Shown one piece after another: positions 12,501-23,542 of a stretch of 64,000 nucleotides of DNA (positions are counted from its first letter, which is position 1; the number at the start of each line of letters is the position of its first letter). A program made the position numbers and the translations under genes. Source of the stretch: Paecilomyces variotii. Taxonomy: Eukaryota. The DNA is taken from the NCBI GenBank assembly GCA_004022145.1, contig RCNU01000018.1. One strand, 5' to 3'. The notes beneath the pieces were generated by a model. The model searched no databases, had not been told where the DNA came from, and saw nothing but the letters and a program-made list of their open reading frames with translations.

Positions 12501-13158
12501 GGCGGCATCGCATCGTACCTTTGTATCGCATTTCATTGTCAGTTACAGTCGCACCAAAAATGCGCCGCCCCCGAAAGTTGCGAAACTAGTCGGTAGCGAC
12601 AGGGATAAAAAGACTTTAAACCACTACTAACCTTTCTAGCATGACAAGTCTATTGTATCCAAAAAATAGAGTGAGCAAACGTTAGCAAAAATCCGTAATA
12701 CAATGGTAGATCTCCATCTGTGGCGATCGGTCAGGGGAGAAACAAGCGGCCGATAAGCTGTATATCGACGAGCCGAGGCTCGCGCAAACCCCAGGTCGCG
12801 TTTGACCTCAAAAGAATAAGAAACGTACCTCACAAGCTCGCGACGCGCGCTGCCTGCATTCAAACATATTTATTAGCTCGTGTCCTGTAGCTAGTAACCC
12901 ATCCTCCGTTCTCAGACCGAAAATTCTCTCCCGATTCCCCTCCTTTCGACCACGTTTTCACTCTCACGGAGGGACAACACCACCACCCCGACCACTGCGG
13001 GATGCTCTCACGCACCTTCTGAAGCTTGCATGACCTGAATTAGGCGCAGACTGCTGTGCCTGCGAATTCGTTCCCGAAGTTCCAGCAGATCCAGCATTAC
13101 TGGTCGTGGGACTGGGGTGAGTGACGGCGGATTGTTCAAACTGGGGTTCAGCGGCCAT
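9565..13158 (-). CDS. farA: Zn2Cys6 transcription factor FarA / CTF1-alpha (fatty-acid utilisation regulator)
   Basis: The Zn cluster RASRACETCHARKVRCDAASLGVPCTNCVAFSIDC assembles from micro-exons 12853-12829 and 12649-12632 plus the exon starting at 12518. Fungal TF domain (LWKRIWWTLFTRDR); C-terminus LNVEDW|FQFFG. Confidence 0.92.
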
Positions 13159-15485
13159 GGCGAATGTCCTCCATCAAGCACAGGCAGATGCTAGAGACCG
13201 ATACGTTTCGTCGTGCGACCAACAAGACTTCTCTCTTGTCGTCGCGCGCAATGAAAGACGTCGTCGCAGGTCCTATGGGGGTCTCAGACGCAAAAATTAT
13301 CCGTCTCGAAGATCCTCACCGTCTCGCCCACGGTGACAGTCGTAGCGCGAACGGTCCCGGTCGGGGGGTTCGTAAACTCGAGAGGAGGTTAGTGCTGTCG
13401 CAACGCAGGGACCGCAGGATCGAAGGAGATATCGTTCGCGTGGAGATGTCGAAGGGAGAAGCAGTATTCGACGCAATCGGTGTAGAATTGTAGACTTGAA
13501 ACGAGCGTGCCAGACGACAAGGCCGAGCCGAACGATAGAAACGGTGCTGCTTGGTGGTGCGGGAGACCCGTGCGAGAGAGCGTGGCAATAGAGGGGCCCG
13601 CGAGTCGCTTTGCGGGCATCTGGAACACACCCCGCGAAGGCAGCAGAATAAGAACGTAGAATTAAGACAATAGTGGTTAGAAAGCAGAACAGCTAGTAGT
13701 TAAGAATTTAAATAACTAGCCTTGCACTTAAGTCATTATGTCGTTCCCGTACTCATGATAAGAGAACATCTGGGGTTCCGTCCGTTGTTAAAGTCTGGGG
13801 TCTTTGGGGAATATCTATCTACATAAGTACGGGGGCAGCACAACGGCCATGATTGCTCCTTCGTCTATCGATCCTCGACTGCAGGTAGATAAACTAATTA
13901 TTACCTCGCAGGCCACTGAACTTTATCAATTACTATCCGTTAACTCGACACTCCCTAGTCCCAGTTGCAGCCCCTGGGGTACTCGGAATATCAGATCAGA
14001 GGACGGACTGGCTATGACGAAGCAGTTCGACTAACTAACTAGTTACTATTCCCCCGGTGCCAGCCTCCTATCTCGTCCTTGAAATGTGAAGATGTACAGT
14101 TAACTAACTCAATCTAAGTACTACTGTACATCCTAATCTGTCACTTACCCCGGGCTCACGGGACCTGTCTCTTATAGCCACAGACATTCCTCTCTTCGCT
14201 TCTCTTTTCACTTCTACTAACTATTACTCCATTCTCAGGGTCATGGCATTACAATACTCCATACTCTCGTTCTCTACAGATCCAGCGGAGCCAGTGCTGA
14301 TCAGCTACCCCCGATCTGCAGCTAACAGCGGGGCAATTCTCCCAGAAATCAGATATAATTCATTACTCAGCTCTGTCCATGTGCTGTTCCAAGTGTATGG
14401 AACACCAGGAAGCCGCTATTCATTAATTCAAAATGAAGCAACAGATTACTCGGAGAACGGAAACGATCCGTAGAGGCTAATGTTGGCATCACCACACGTG
14501 TGAAGCAGTATGCTTGGAGTCTTTGACGAACACGCACATCAACCATTATCAGATCAGTTAGGACCTAGTACTACCTAGTTATGCACCGGCCAGCTTCTCG
14601 ATCTGCCAAAGGGGCAGTTCAAGCTTCCAAACTCTGTTAACCTTATTTACTCTGGGATTCGAGATGGACGACCCTACACAGTCGAAACTAGAGTAAGTAA
14701 CTGAATAATTGAACTCTGCAGAACTGTTGTATCTGATCCGATACATCCCTCTTTCCTGCCTTCAAAAAAACTCGACGCCCTCACCAGGTTTACCTCGGTT
14801 CACAAGCCTGCCCTTCAGCTGATCTGGAGTATGCCGATAGAACTCCACATCCAACGCTTTCTCTGCCGCGCACGATTGGTAGATCTGCCACCAACCCGAA
14901 AACGCGGGGTTATCCCGTCATTCTCCAGTTATTACTACCATAAGTATGTACTAACCCGTCAGCCTCCGAGTCGGTGGCGTCGGGCAGGCCGACTACATTG
15001 CAGTTTCCTTTCCCCGGAGATGTCCTAGATAGGCATTGCTGCCCCGTACTTTAAACTTATTCTCCGTGACTACTTCAAGACTAGATCCATCGACCCACCA
15101 TCATCTGCTCTGACTCCCAAAATGAATATAGCAAACGCCCGGCTGTTGTCCATTGGCTTTCCTGGTTTAAGCCCACAGTTAATATGTCCAGTCTTCCGAT
15201 TCTACATGATGACGAACCCCAGATCTAGTAACTGAGAGCAGGATATAAATATCAAAATAGTAGATATACCAAAGATCCTTCAACTGAATCGAGTCGCAGG
15301 TACAGCGTGAAGCAAACGACGGTAGTTATAGACTACCAGCAAGGCAGCACCACACCCTCAAAAGACGTCTTCTACGACATTCTAGCACTAACATTGCCAT
15401 CAAGCATACAGTTGGAATCATGTGCCTTGCCCCTGACAGTCGATAGGATTGGTCGATAACTACTTGAAATTAACAGATCTTAAAG

Positions 15486-18400
15486 GTCTCGACTGTGCAC
15501 TACAGACATGAATTATTCCGTATGATCACAATGTTTCGGGGTGCAGTTGTCTCCCTAATATATAGCCATACACTGTCTCTGCAAGCCGATGTCTATGATG
15601 AATCAGCATCCGTCACTCTCATGAGTACCGATGTTGATATAATTGCTCAATCTCTACAGCAGGTTAACGAAGCTTGGGCAAGACTCATAGAGATCGGAAT
15701 CGGCATTTGGCTTCTAGAGAGGCAACTAGGTGCAGTATGCGTCGCTCCAATCGTCGTTGTCCTCGGTAGGTTTGGTCTAATGTCCAATGGACAGGCATCT
15801 TAGCTAATGTATGGTGTCAAGTATGCACTTCCACGCAGATGTATATGGCTAGTTTCATGCCTACAAAACAGAAGGCCTGGATCCAGGCTATCCAGAGACG
15901 AGTGAGCATAATATCCGCCGCGCTAAGATCCATGAAGAGTGTGAAGATGCTCGGGATCTCAGAACAAATTGCTTTTACTCTTCAGGGCCAGAGGCTGCGA
16001 GAACTGAAGCTATCAAAGAAGTTTCGATGGCTTATAGTCTGGGTCAACATCGTCGGTAAGTTACACTGACTATCACGAGTGTACTTTCACTGAATACTAG
16101 TTTATAGCGAGTTTGCCACAATTATGTGCACCACTCATAACCTTTGCTGCCTTCATAATACGTGCAAAGGTGAACCGCTCGCCGCAACTCTCAACTGCAC
16201 AGGCGTTCACTTCGCTTGCCATTGTTTCGCTGATAACCAATCCCGCACTTCAACTGCTGGCATCTATACCTGCTATCACTGCTGCCTTCGGATGTTTTTC
16301 TCGGATCCACGGGTTTCTTGTCTCTTCATCAATTGTCGACATACAGGACCACACAAGCCTCGCAAGTAGCAAATCGAGCCTACCCTCCGATCGCCATCGC
16401 CTACCTCATGAGACTGGAGAAACCATAGAGATACGTCGTATCAAGACAAAAGAGGCTATGGACAGAGCTCCTAAGACCATCCTCACTCTGTCTCATGCCA
16501 TCATACGGCCTGTTCGAGATGGTGCTTTCTACCTTCAAGACATTAATTTGCACGTCGAACAAGGAACCCTGACGATCCTCACTGGACCCGTGGGATGCGG
16601 CAAGACAACATTGCTAAAGGCCATTTTGGGTGAAATTCCTCTTGAGAGAGGGGCTGTAAAGAGGCAGACGTCAGCAATAGCTTACTGTAGCCAAAATCCC
16701 TGGTTACAGAACACCTCGATCCTAAACATCGTATGCGGACCGTCCGCCCTAGATCTCGAATGGTACCGGGAAGTGCTTCAGAGCTGCGCCCTCGATCACG
16801 AAATCTCACAAATGCCTCTAGGGGATAAGTCAGTTGTGGGTAACCGGGCGCTGATACTAAGTGGAGGGCAAAAGCAGCGTCTGGTAAGTAATACTGTACA
16901 CCCTGCCCTCTCACTTTACTGACCGGAGATACAGGCTCTGGCTCGTGCTGCATACTCGAGAGCAAGATTAGTCGTCCTCGACGATGTCTTCAGTTCACTC
17001 GACACTCGGACAGCCCATGTTGTCTTTGAAAATCTCTTAGGGAAACATGGCCTGTTCAGGAAGCTGGGCTCCGCGGTAATCCTGGCAACACACTCCGGTC
17101 AGTGAAACATCTTCAAATGATTGACATATGCTGATGACTACTGAAGCTATACCTCTCCTTTTGGCTGATAATATAATTGTCTTTGATCCTGAGGGCCACA
17201 TCACAGGACAAGGCTCTTTCGAGGATTTGAAAATGACAAATACCTATATCAAACAGATGCTCGCTACATCGACGAAGAACGATTCGAATCATGCAGACAC
17301 CAATAAATCCGATAGCACCCTTCGCAAGACGGTCAAGAAACCAAGTGATGATGATATTGCGGAGGTAGCTCGCCGCACTGGCGATATAGCTGTCTACAAA
17401 TATTACCTGAGGGCAATTGGTTGGCAGCATACACTGCTAGCGATGATGATCATTACAATCTACTCATTCTCAGCGAACTTCCCTCGTAAGTACAGGTGGA
17501 GCCTAGACACTTGGCTGTTTCTGACCAGTATATAGAAGTATGGATCAAGTGGTTCACAGAAAGCAATGGGCAGGATCCCGGAAGATTCATGGGTATATAC
17601 GTTCTTCTTGCGGTAACTGCTTCCGCATCACAAGGACTCATGATCTGGTTAGCCTTAAATCTTTCACATTACTTTTCTATTTATTGACTTCTTGCAGGCA
17701 AATAATGATCAAAATAGTAGTGCGATCTGGTGCCGCTTTACACACAAAACTCTTGTCGAGACTGTAATGCGAGCGCCGCTACGCTTCTTTGCAGAAGTCG
17801 ACTCGGGAACCGTCCTGAACAGATTTAGTCAGGACATGACACTCGTTGATGCAGTACTCCCAACGATGACGTTTGGAACATTTATGGGTTAGTAGTCAAA
17901 GCATCATTATGGTGATTCTGTTTCTCTGAACGCTGAAGCTACACGACAGGTATTACGGAATGTTTGGCACAAGCAGCCTTGATATCACTAGGATCAGCTT
18001 ACATGGCCATTACCATAGCTCCATGTTTGCTTGTTCTATACTGCGTGCAGAAGGTCTACTTGCGCACATCACGACAGCTACGGTTCTTGGATCTTGAGGC
18101 GAGAAGCCCTCTGTACGCACACTTCGTCGAGACACTTGAAGGTCTATCGACTATCAGAAGCTTTGGGTGGCAGTCTGCCTCTACAGAAGAGTTTATTGGT
18201 CACCTCGACGTATCACAGAAACCGTATTATCTTCTGTACTGCATCCAGCGATGGCTGAACGTTGTGTTGGACCTCCTTGTCGCCGTCCTTGCTGTTATTG
18301 TCATCACTCTGGCGACATCCTTGCGTAGCACCACGAATCCAGGAAATCTTGGAGTCTCTCTTACTGCAATTCTTTCATTCAATCAGACACTACAGAACCT

Positions 18401-19357
18401 GGTAACTAGTTGGACCTCGATGGAAACATCTCTTGGTGCAATTGCGAGAACAAGAATGTTCGAAATGAAGACTCCATCTGAAAATGGGGCTGGAGAAGAT
18501 TTCATACCTGAACCCGGCTGGCCTGCTCAGGGAAATATAGAAATCCGTTCCCTTACCGCCTCTTATGAGTAAGTCCAATATTCTTACTTCTAAATCCTAG
18601 CACTATTCATAACCTTCTAACGTTCTCAGCGGAACCACAAATGCTCTAGAAGGCATATCAATGAACATAAAATCCGGACAGAAGATCGGAATATGTGGGA
18701 GAACAGGAAGGTAGGGTTGTCAACAACATTCCAATATCTATCCATCCCCATAAATCTAACACCTTAGTCTTCAAAATGTATGGTAGTGGTAAAAGCACAC
18801 TCTTGTCGATTCTCCTCCGCCTCCTCCAGGATATCAAAACTGGAACTATACTCATCGATGACATCGACATCATTACTATCCCGCGGGACCTTCTCCGTTC
18901 CCGCCTGATCGCTATCCCACAGGATCCCTTCATTCTTCCCGGCTCCATCCGTTTCAACGCCGACCCCATGGGAACTGCAACTGACGAAGAAATCATCTCC
19001 GCACTGACAAAAGTCCACTTGTCGAAGCTGCTCGAATCTCGTGGCGGCGGCGGCCTGGATGCAGATTTAACCGAACAGACATTATCCCACGGTGAACAAC
19101 AATTATTCGCTTTATCGCGAGCTATCCTTCGACGGGGTAAGGGTGGCGCTGGGCGGATATTGATCCTGGATGAAGCTACGAGTAGTATGGATGTTGAAAC
19201 GGATCGTTTGATTCAAGAGGTAATTCGTACGGAGTTCTCTGGTTACACGATTTTATGTGTTGCCCATCGGATGGAGACTATTAGGGACTCGGATAAGATT
19301 GCTGTATTGGATGAAGGGAGGCTTGTGAGGTTTGGACCGCCTGAGGAGTTAGCGTGA
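15486..19357 (+). pseudogene. ABCC/MRP-type ABC transporter, 5'-truncated and frameshifted
   Basis: Recognisable coding starts mid-TMD1 (VSTVHYRHELFR). NBD1 has GPVGCGKT and LSGGQKQR; NBD2 has GRTGSGKS and LILDEATSS. A frameshift near 17750-17757 leads to TAA at 17765. No N-terminal exons were recognised upstream. Confidence 0.75.
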
Positions 19358-19419
19358 TTTGATTCTGAGAGATTGTATGTACTTGGGTTTATCCCGTAAT
19401 CTTGTTAGTACGTGGGATG

Positions 19420-19720
19420 CTGAAAATATTATTAGCTATTAATTACCTTTATTAATTACTTATTAGCTATTTTCTTTTTTATTAGTATATATTAGTTTTG
19501 GCTTAATTTCATTTAGTTCCCTGTTCAACTCTTGACTTTATTCAGATAAATAGGTAGATAAATAGACAAATAGACAGACAGACAGACAGAAAGACAGACT
19601 TATTAGCATCTTATTTCCTTCAGAGTTAGTAATAAATCTCTAATAAATACTACTTGATTAAATTTAATAAATATTTGAGTAAAAAAGGACAGAATAAATT
19701 CTAAAACAGACTACTACTAC
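19420..19720. repeat. Very AT-rich, TpA-rich tract containing a (GACA)n microsatellite
   Basis: tagacagacagacagacagaaagacagac at about 19571-19600, inside an AT-rich stretch with few CpA/TpG dinucleotides. Confidence 0.6.
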
Positions 19721-20015
19721 AATGAAGCCTATACTGTATAGTCTGTACTTCACGTTACTAACATAGAACGGAAACGTAAGGGATGTATAAGAAACAGGCT
19801 GGTTCATATACGCTAACCGATTAGTTCGTGTGGTCTTTCTCTTTTGTTTTTGTTTTTGTTTTTTTTTTTACTTCTTTTAACTTGTATTTCATAAGCAAGG
19901 GAGTAGGTAGGTAGGATATCGCAGTTTCGTCCTCTTCTTCCCTTGCAAACACGATAGAGATGAGAAATTTAGAAAAGAACGGAAGTAGAAAAAAATTGAT
20001 TAAAGAATGAGAATT

Positions 20016-22250
20016 TTAAACGCCCTCGACGACAACAACTTTCTCTACAATCCAATCGATAAACGCCTGTCCTTCCGATTTCCATCTCCCTTCTCGCCAT
20101 ACGTCTTCCATCCAGTATCGCCATCGCTTGCCGCTGTTCAGCTGTAGATCCCAGGGCCATGCGGCGCCGAGCCTCCGAGCTCGGTCATCTGCACGAGACG
20201 CAGCAGGAGCGGCCAGCGTCACGCCAACCATGCCCTGGCGGATACGCCATTCGCGTTCGGCTTTCTCGCCTGCACGGCGGGCGACGGCCTCTTCGTCCTC
20301 GGCGAGATAGAGGTCGCATTTGTTGCATTCGGTGCAGCGCGAGCCCGGGTTGATGCGGAAGTGTTCGCAGAAGTGTTTATAGCCTTCTGCTTCTTCGGGT
20401 TCTGCATTGTCGTCGTCGTCTTGGTCGGCAAATGGTTCGTTTTCTTGGTTCTGTCGGGGTCGACGTCGAGGGCCGTTGTTTTTCAATGGTGGCCCAAGTG
20501 CTTTCCGGCAGAGGTAGCACATGGAGTACCCGCAAATGCAGGTCAGTTTGTTGCAGCCAGAGGACTTGACGAATGACAGCCCGCAGCGTGGACAGGTGCG
20601 TTTGATAGCAGCCGTCCGCGCGGCTTCGACCGTGTTTCGGAGTGAGAGAAGGAGAGGTTCATGACAGACATGCGGATCTCGCCAGGCTTTCTGACAGGTG
20701 ATGCAGCTGGCACGCCCGCATGCCCGATTTGCGCAGATAAAGCGTTGACTGCGGAGTTTGAGGCAGAGATTCTGGAGAGACGCGGTTAAGATGTCCGCTA
20801 CGGCGGGAGGATTAAGCAAAAGAAGAACAATTAGAGGAATAACAAGCAGGGGTATCAACTCAAGAAGAAAAATAATCATTAGAATCGTAGAGACAAGGGT
20901 TCCACGGCGGAAACGCCATTTGAATCCATCCGGTGGTGGGTGATAAACAGGGTCAACTTCAGCATAAGAGCAGAAAGGACAACGGACAAGTTTCAACTGA
21001 GACTTGAGGAGTGCTTCGGACGCCAGCCGGTCCTCGAACTTGCGATAGACTTCCGCACCCGCCTTTTCTGATAAGATGGCCCTTTTGACGATCTCGGGAT
21101 GCAGCGTGCCCTCGCAGGTGCCTTGGGCAACTGGAGCCACGCATCTCAGCGTCGACTTCTCGGGGTCGATCGACCTCCCCCATCCTTGGCCAAATAGAGC
21201 CTCGTGGGTCGTCCGCTGAATACAACCATAACAGATGATATGCGAACTGTGAGAACACGTAGATATCTGCTCGAACGTAACATCCGACATGCAACATTCA
21301 CACTCGTAGAGGGCATCGACAGCCTTTGCTTCATTCTCATTAAGCTTCTCCGCTAGTTCCCGGTCCCGTTGCTCCTGCTCCTCTCTCCTCTGCGACAGCA
21401 TGGGCGCGAGAAGCATGCCATGAAGCTCTCTATCAAGCTCTCCGTTCCCGGTTTCTTTTAACCTGGGTACGAGTTCACCGTCGGCAGCCCGATGCCATTG
21501 CAGGAGCGGGTGGTCGTCTTTATCCTTCTTCCGCTTGAAAGGGAAGATATTGCCAAATGTTGCGCGCCATGTCCTCCGCGAGAGATCACGCAGGATCGGA
21601 CGTGCACGAATATAGGAGAAGTTCGTCTCGGCCAGGACAGCATCAATAGTGCTCCGACTCAGCCCACCAAACTCCTTTGACAAGGTAGTCTTGACGGCAG
21701 CCTTGTATTCCTGGCTGCGGAAACGTTCGTCCACCGGCACCAGGTCGTCTTCATTGTTGGCCCTCGCGACATACTCGTCGGCCGCGTTGTCCCCTTCCTT
21801 ACTATTACTGTCTGACACGTTCCATCGCCCCCTCACCCACTCATTCTTGTGACGGAGAAGCTGTTCCACGACCACTTGCAGCCTGCTCTGGCCATCGAAC
21901 CGTATCAGTAGCTCACGAAAGACCTCGATCTTGACATCGGGGAAAAGCTGCGTCAAAGTCACCAACGCATGGTTCAGTTCCTCCTGCTCTCGACGCTCGC
22001 CCGCCTCTCGGGAGAGGGCCTCGATAGCACGGGATCGCGGTGTTGTTCCAAAGGGATTATTGCGAAGCGCTTCGCTCAGAGTCGATGAGCCGCTGGGAGA
22101 GGCGGTGACCGGGGTGATTGCCTTGACGGCACCCTTTGTGACAGGAGTTTCAGGAGATCCACGCTGAACAGGCAGACTGTTGCCATCTCGAGAGCGCAGC
22201 GGAGAAGAGGCCGATTTGGAGAAGCTGGGGACGGGCAGCGAGAGCACCAT
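20016..22250 (-). CDS. RBR-type (RING-IBR-RING, RNF216/TRIAD-like) E3 ubiquitin ligase with an N-terminal CUE-like segment
   Basis: Single 744-aa ORF. LTQLFPD (CUE-like); RING1 CECC...H..C..C; IBR CPFC...C...C...C..C...H.C; RING2 CPRC...KSSGCNKLTCICG..MCYLC. Confidence 0.85.
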   Translation of the reverse strand: MVLSLPVPSFSKSASSPLRSRDGNSLPVQRGSPETPVTKGAVKAITPVTASPSGSSTLSEALRNNPFGTTPRSRAIEALSREAGERREQEELNHALVTLTQLFPDVKIEVFRELLIRFDGQSRLQVVVEQLLRHKNEWVRGRWNVSDSNSKEGDNAADEYVARANNEDDLVPVDERFRSQEYKAAVKTTLSKEFGGLSRSTIDAVLAETNFSYIRARPILRDLSRRTWRATFGNIFPFKRKKDKDDHPLLQWHRAADGELVPRLKETGNGELDRELHGMLLAPMLSQRREEQEQRDRELAEKLNENEAKAVDALYECECCMSDVTFEQISTCSHSSHIICYGCIQRTTHEALFGQGWGRSIDPEKSTLRCVAPVAQGTCEGTLHPEIVKRAILSEKAGAEVYRKFEDRLASEALLKSQLKLVRCPFCSYAEVDPVYHPPPDGFKWRFRRGTLVSTILMIIFLLELIPLLVIPLIVLLLLNPPAVADILTASLQNLCLKLRSQRFICANRACGRASCITCQKAWRDPHVCHEPLLLSLRNTVEAARTAAIKRTCPRCGLSFVKSSGCNKLTCICGYSMCYLCRKALGPPLKNNGPRRRPRQNQENEPFADQDDDDNAEPEEAEGYKHFCEHFRINPGSRCTECNKCDLYLAEDEEAVARRAGEKAEREWRIRQGMVGVTLAAPAASRADDRARRLGAAWPWDLQLNSGKRWRYWMEDVWREGRWKSEGQAFIDWIVEKVVVVEGV

Positions 22251-23204
22251 CGTTGCGGGTTATTGGATGGGCTCTCCGCTACATGATCGGTCTCCGTGTA
22301 TGGTGTTTCAAGAGGATATGGGTAAGCAGCAAGGATATTTCTGCCTATTCCTCCACGGTAGGACGTTCCGATGGTCGATTTGATTCCAGAGTAATCAAGA
22401 TAATCAACGCGATGTCACACGGAGCGGGGAAGGGTTCAAGATGACGGTGAGATCGAGTCGTCGACGTCGCTTTCCGCTCAGCTTTCCCCGGGCCGGTAAT
22501 ATGATTACGTTGAATACTCGCCAGTCAACACCAGGCAAGCCCCTCATGCCGTCACAGTGGTGTAACATGTAATAAATAGCCTCGGGTCTCACCAAGAGGA
22601 ATTTGATAACCTTGGTGTATCTGGCTTGTTCCGCCGGTTCTCCGCAAAAACAGGCTATGCTATTGTATTTAGCCCGGTTAGACGGTATCTGTTGATACTA
22701 CCCGCTAAGATCGATCCACGAGATCGTACCTGGTGATCACCGGCCGTCACATAGCGTCCCGCATGGTCGGATCCTTTTTTACCGGCTAAATTGCCTGGCA
22801 GCGTGTATTTGTGAAGACAGGAAGGACTAGCTAGTTCCATATCCTACGAAATAATTACAATAACTGTGGGGGTTTTACAGATTGTTGGTTTCAGCATGAC
22901 AGTTTATAGATGCCTAGTTCTTGTGGGGCTGACACTTTGACACCTTAAACTAAGAATATGGAAATATATATACTGTAGTACTTGCACATATGCATACGAA
23001 CTCTTTTTGTTTATAAAAAAGAGTAGCAAGGATAAATAACTAGAATACTTTCTCCAATCCACTAAAAGTTAATATAGCTAGCTTGAGTCTTATTATATAG
23101 TTATTGGCAAAGGCCTTGTCCCATTAACTAGTTAACGGTCCACTGCCTGCAAGATATCGCAATTGCAAAGTAAGTCACCCTTGCGAGCAATCCTTCAACA
23201 ATCA

Positions 23205-23278
23205 GGTCCCGTAGCTCAGTCGGTTAGAGCGTGGTGCTAATAACGCCAAGGTCGCGAGTTCGACCCTCGTCGGGACCA
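23205..23278 (+). tRNA. tRNA-Ile (anticodon AAT), intronless
   Basis: GGTCCCG...TAGCTCAGTCGG...GGTG CT AAT AA CGCC...GTTCGACCC...CGGGACCA; an oligo-T terminator follows. Confidence 0.97.
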
Positions 23279-23542
23279 ACGGTTCTTTTTTTTGTCCGTC
23301 GATAATCGGACGACGAATATTTCCTAGTAGATATACAAGAAATTTTTACCTTTTCTCCCTTTTATAAACACACGTTGCCGCTGGTTTAGATCCAACAAAT
23401 ATATGAAACTAGATTGGACTAATAATACGAGAAGAATATAAACAAACGAACGCCGTACAGTCCACTAGCAAAATCGTTGCCGAACATACTCGTGCGGGGG
23501 CATATTATCCTATCACTGCCCTATAAAACCTCACTATTTATT

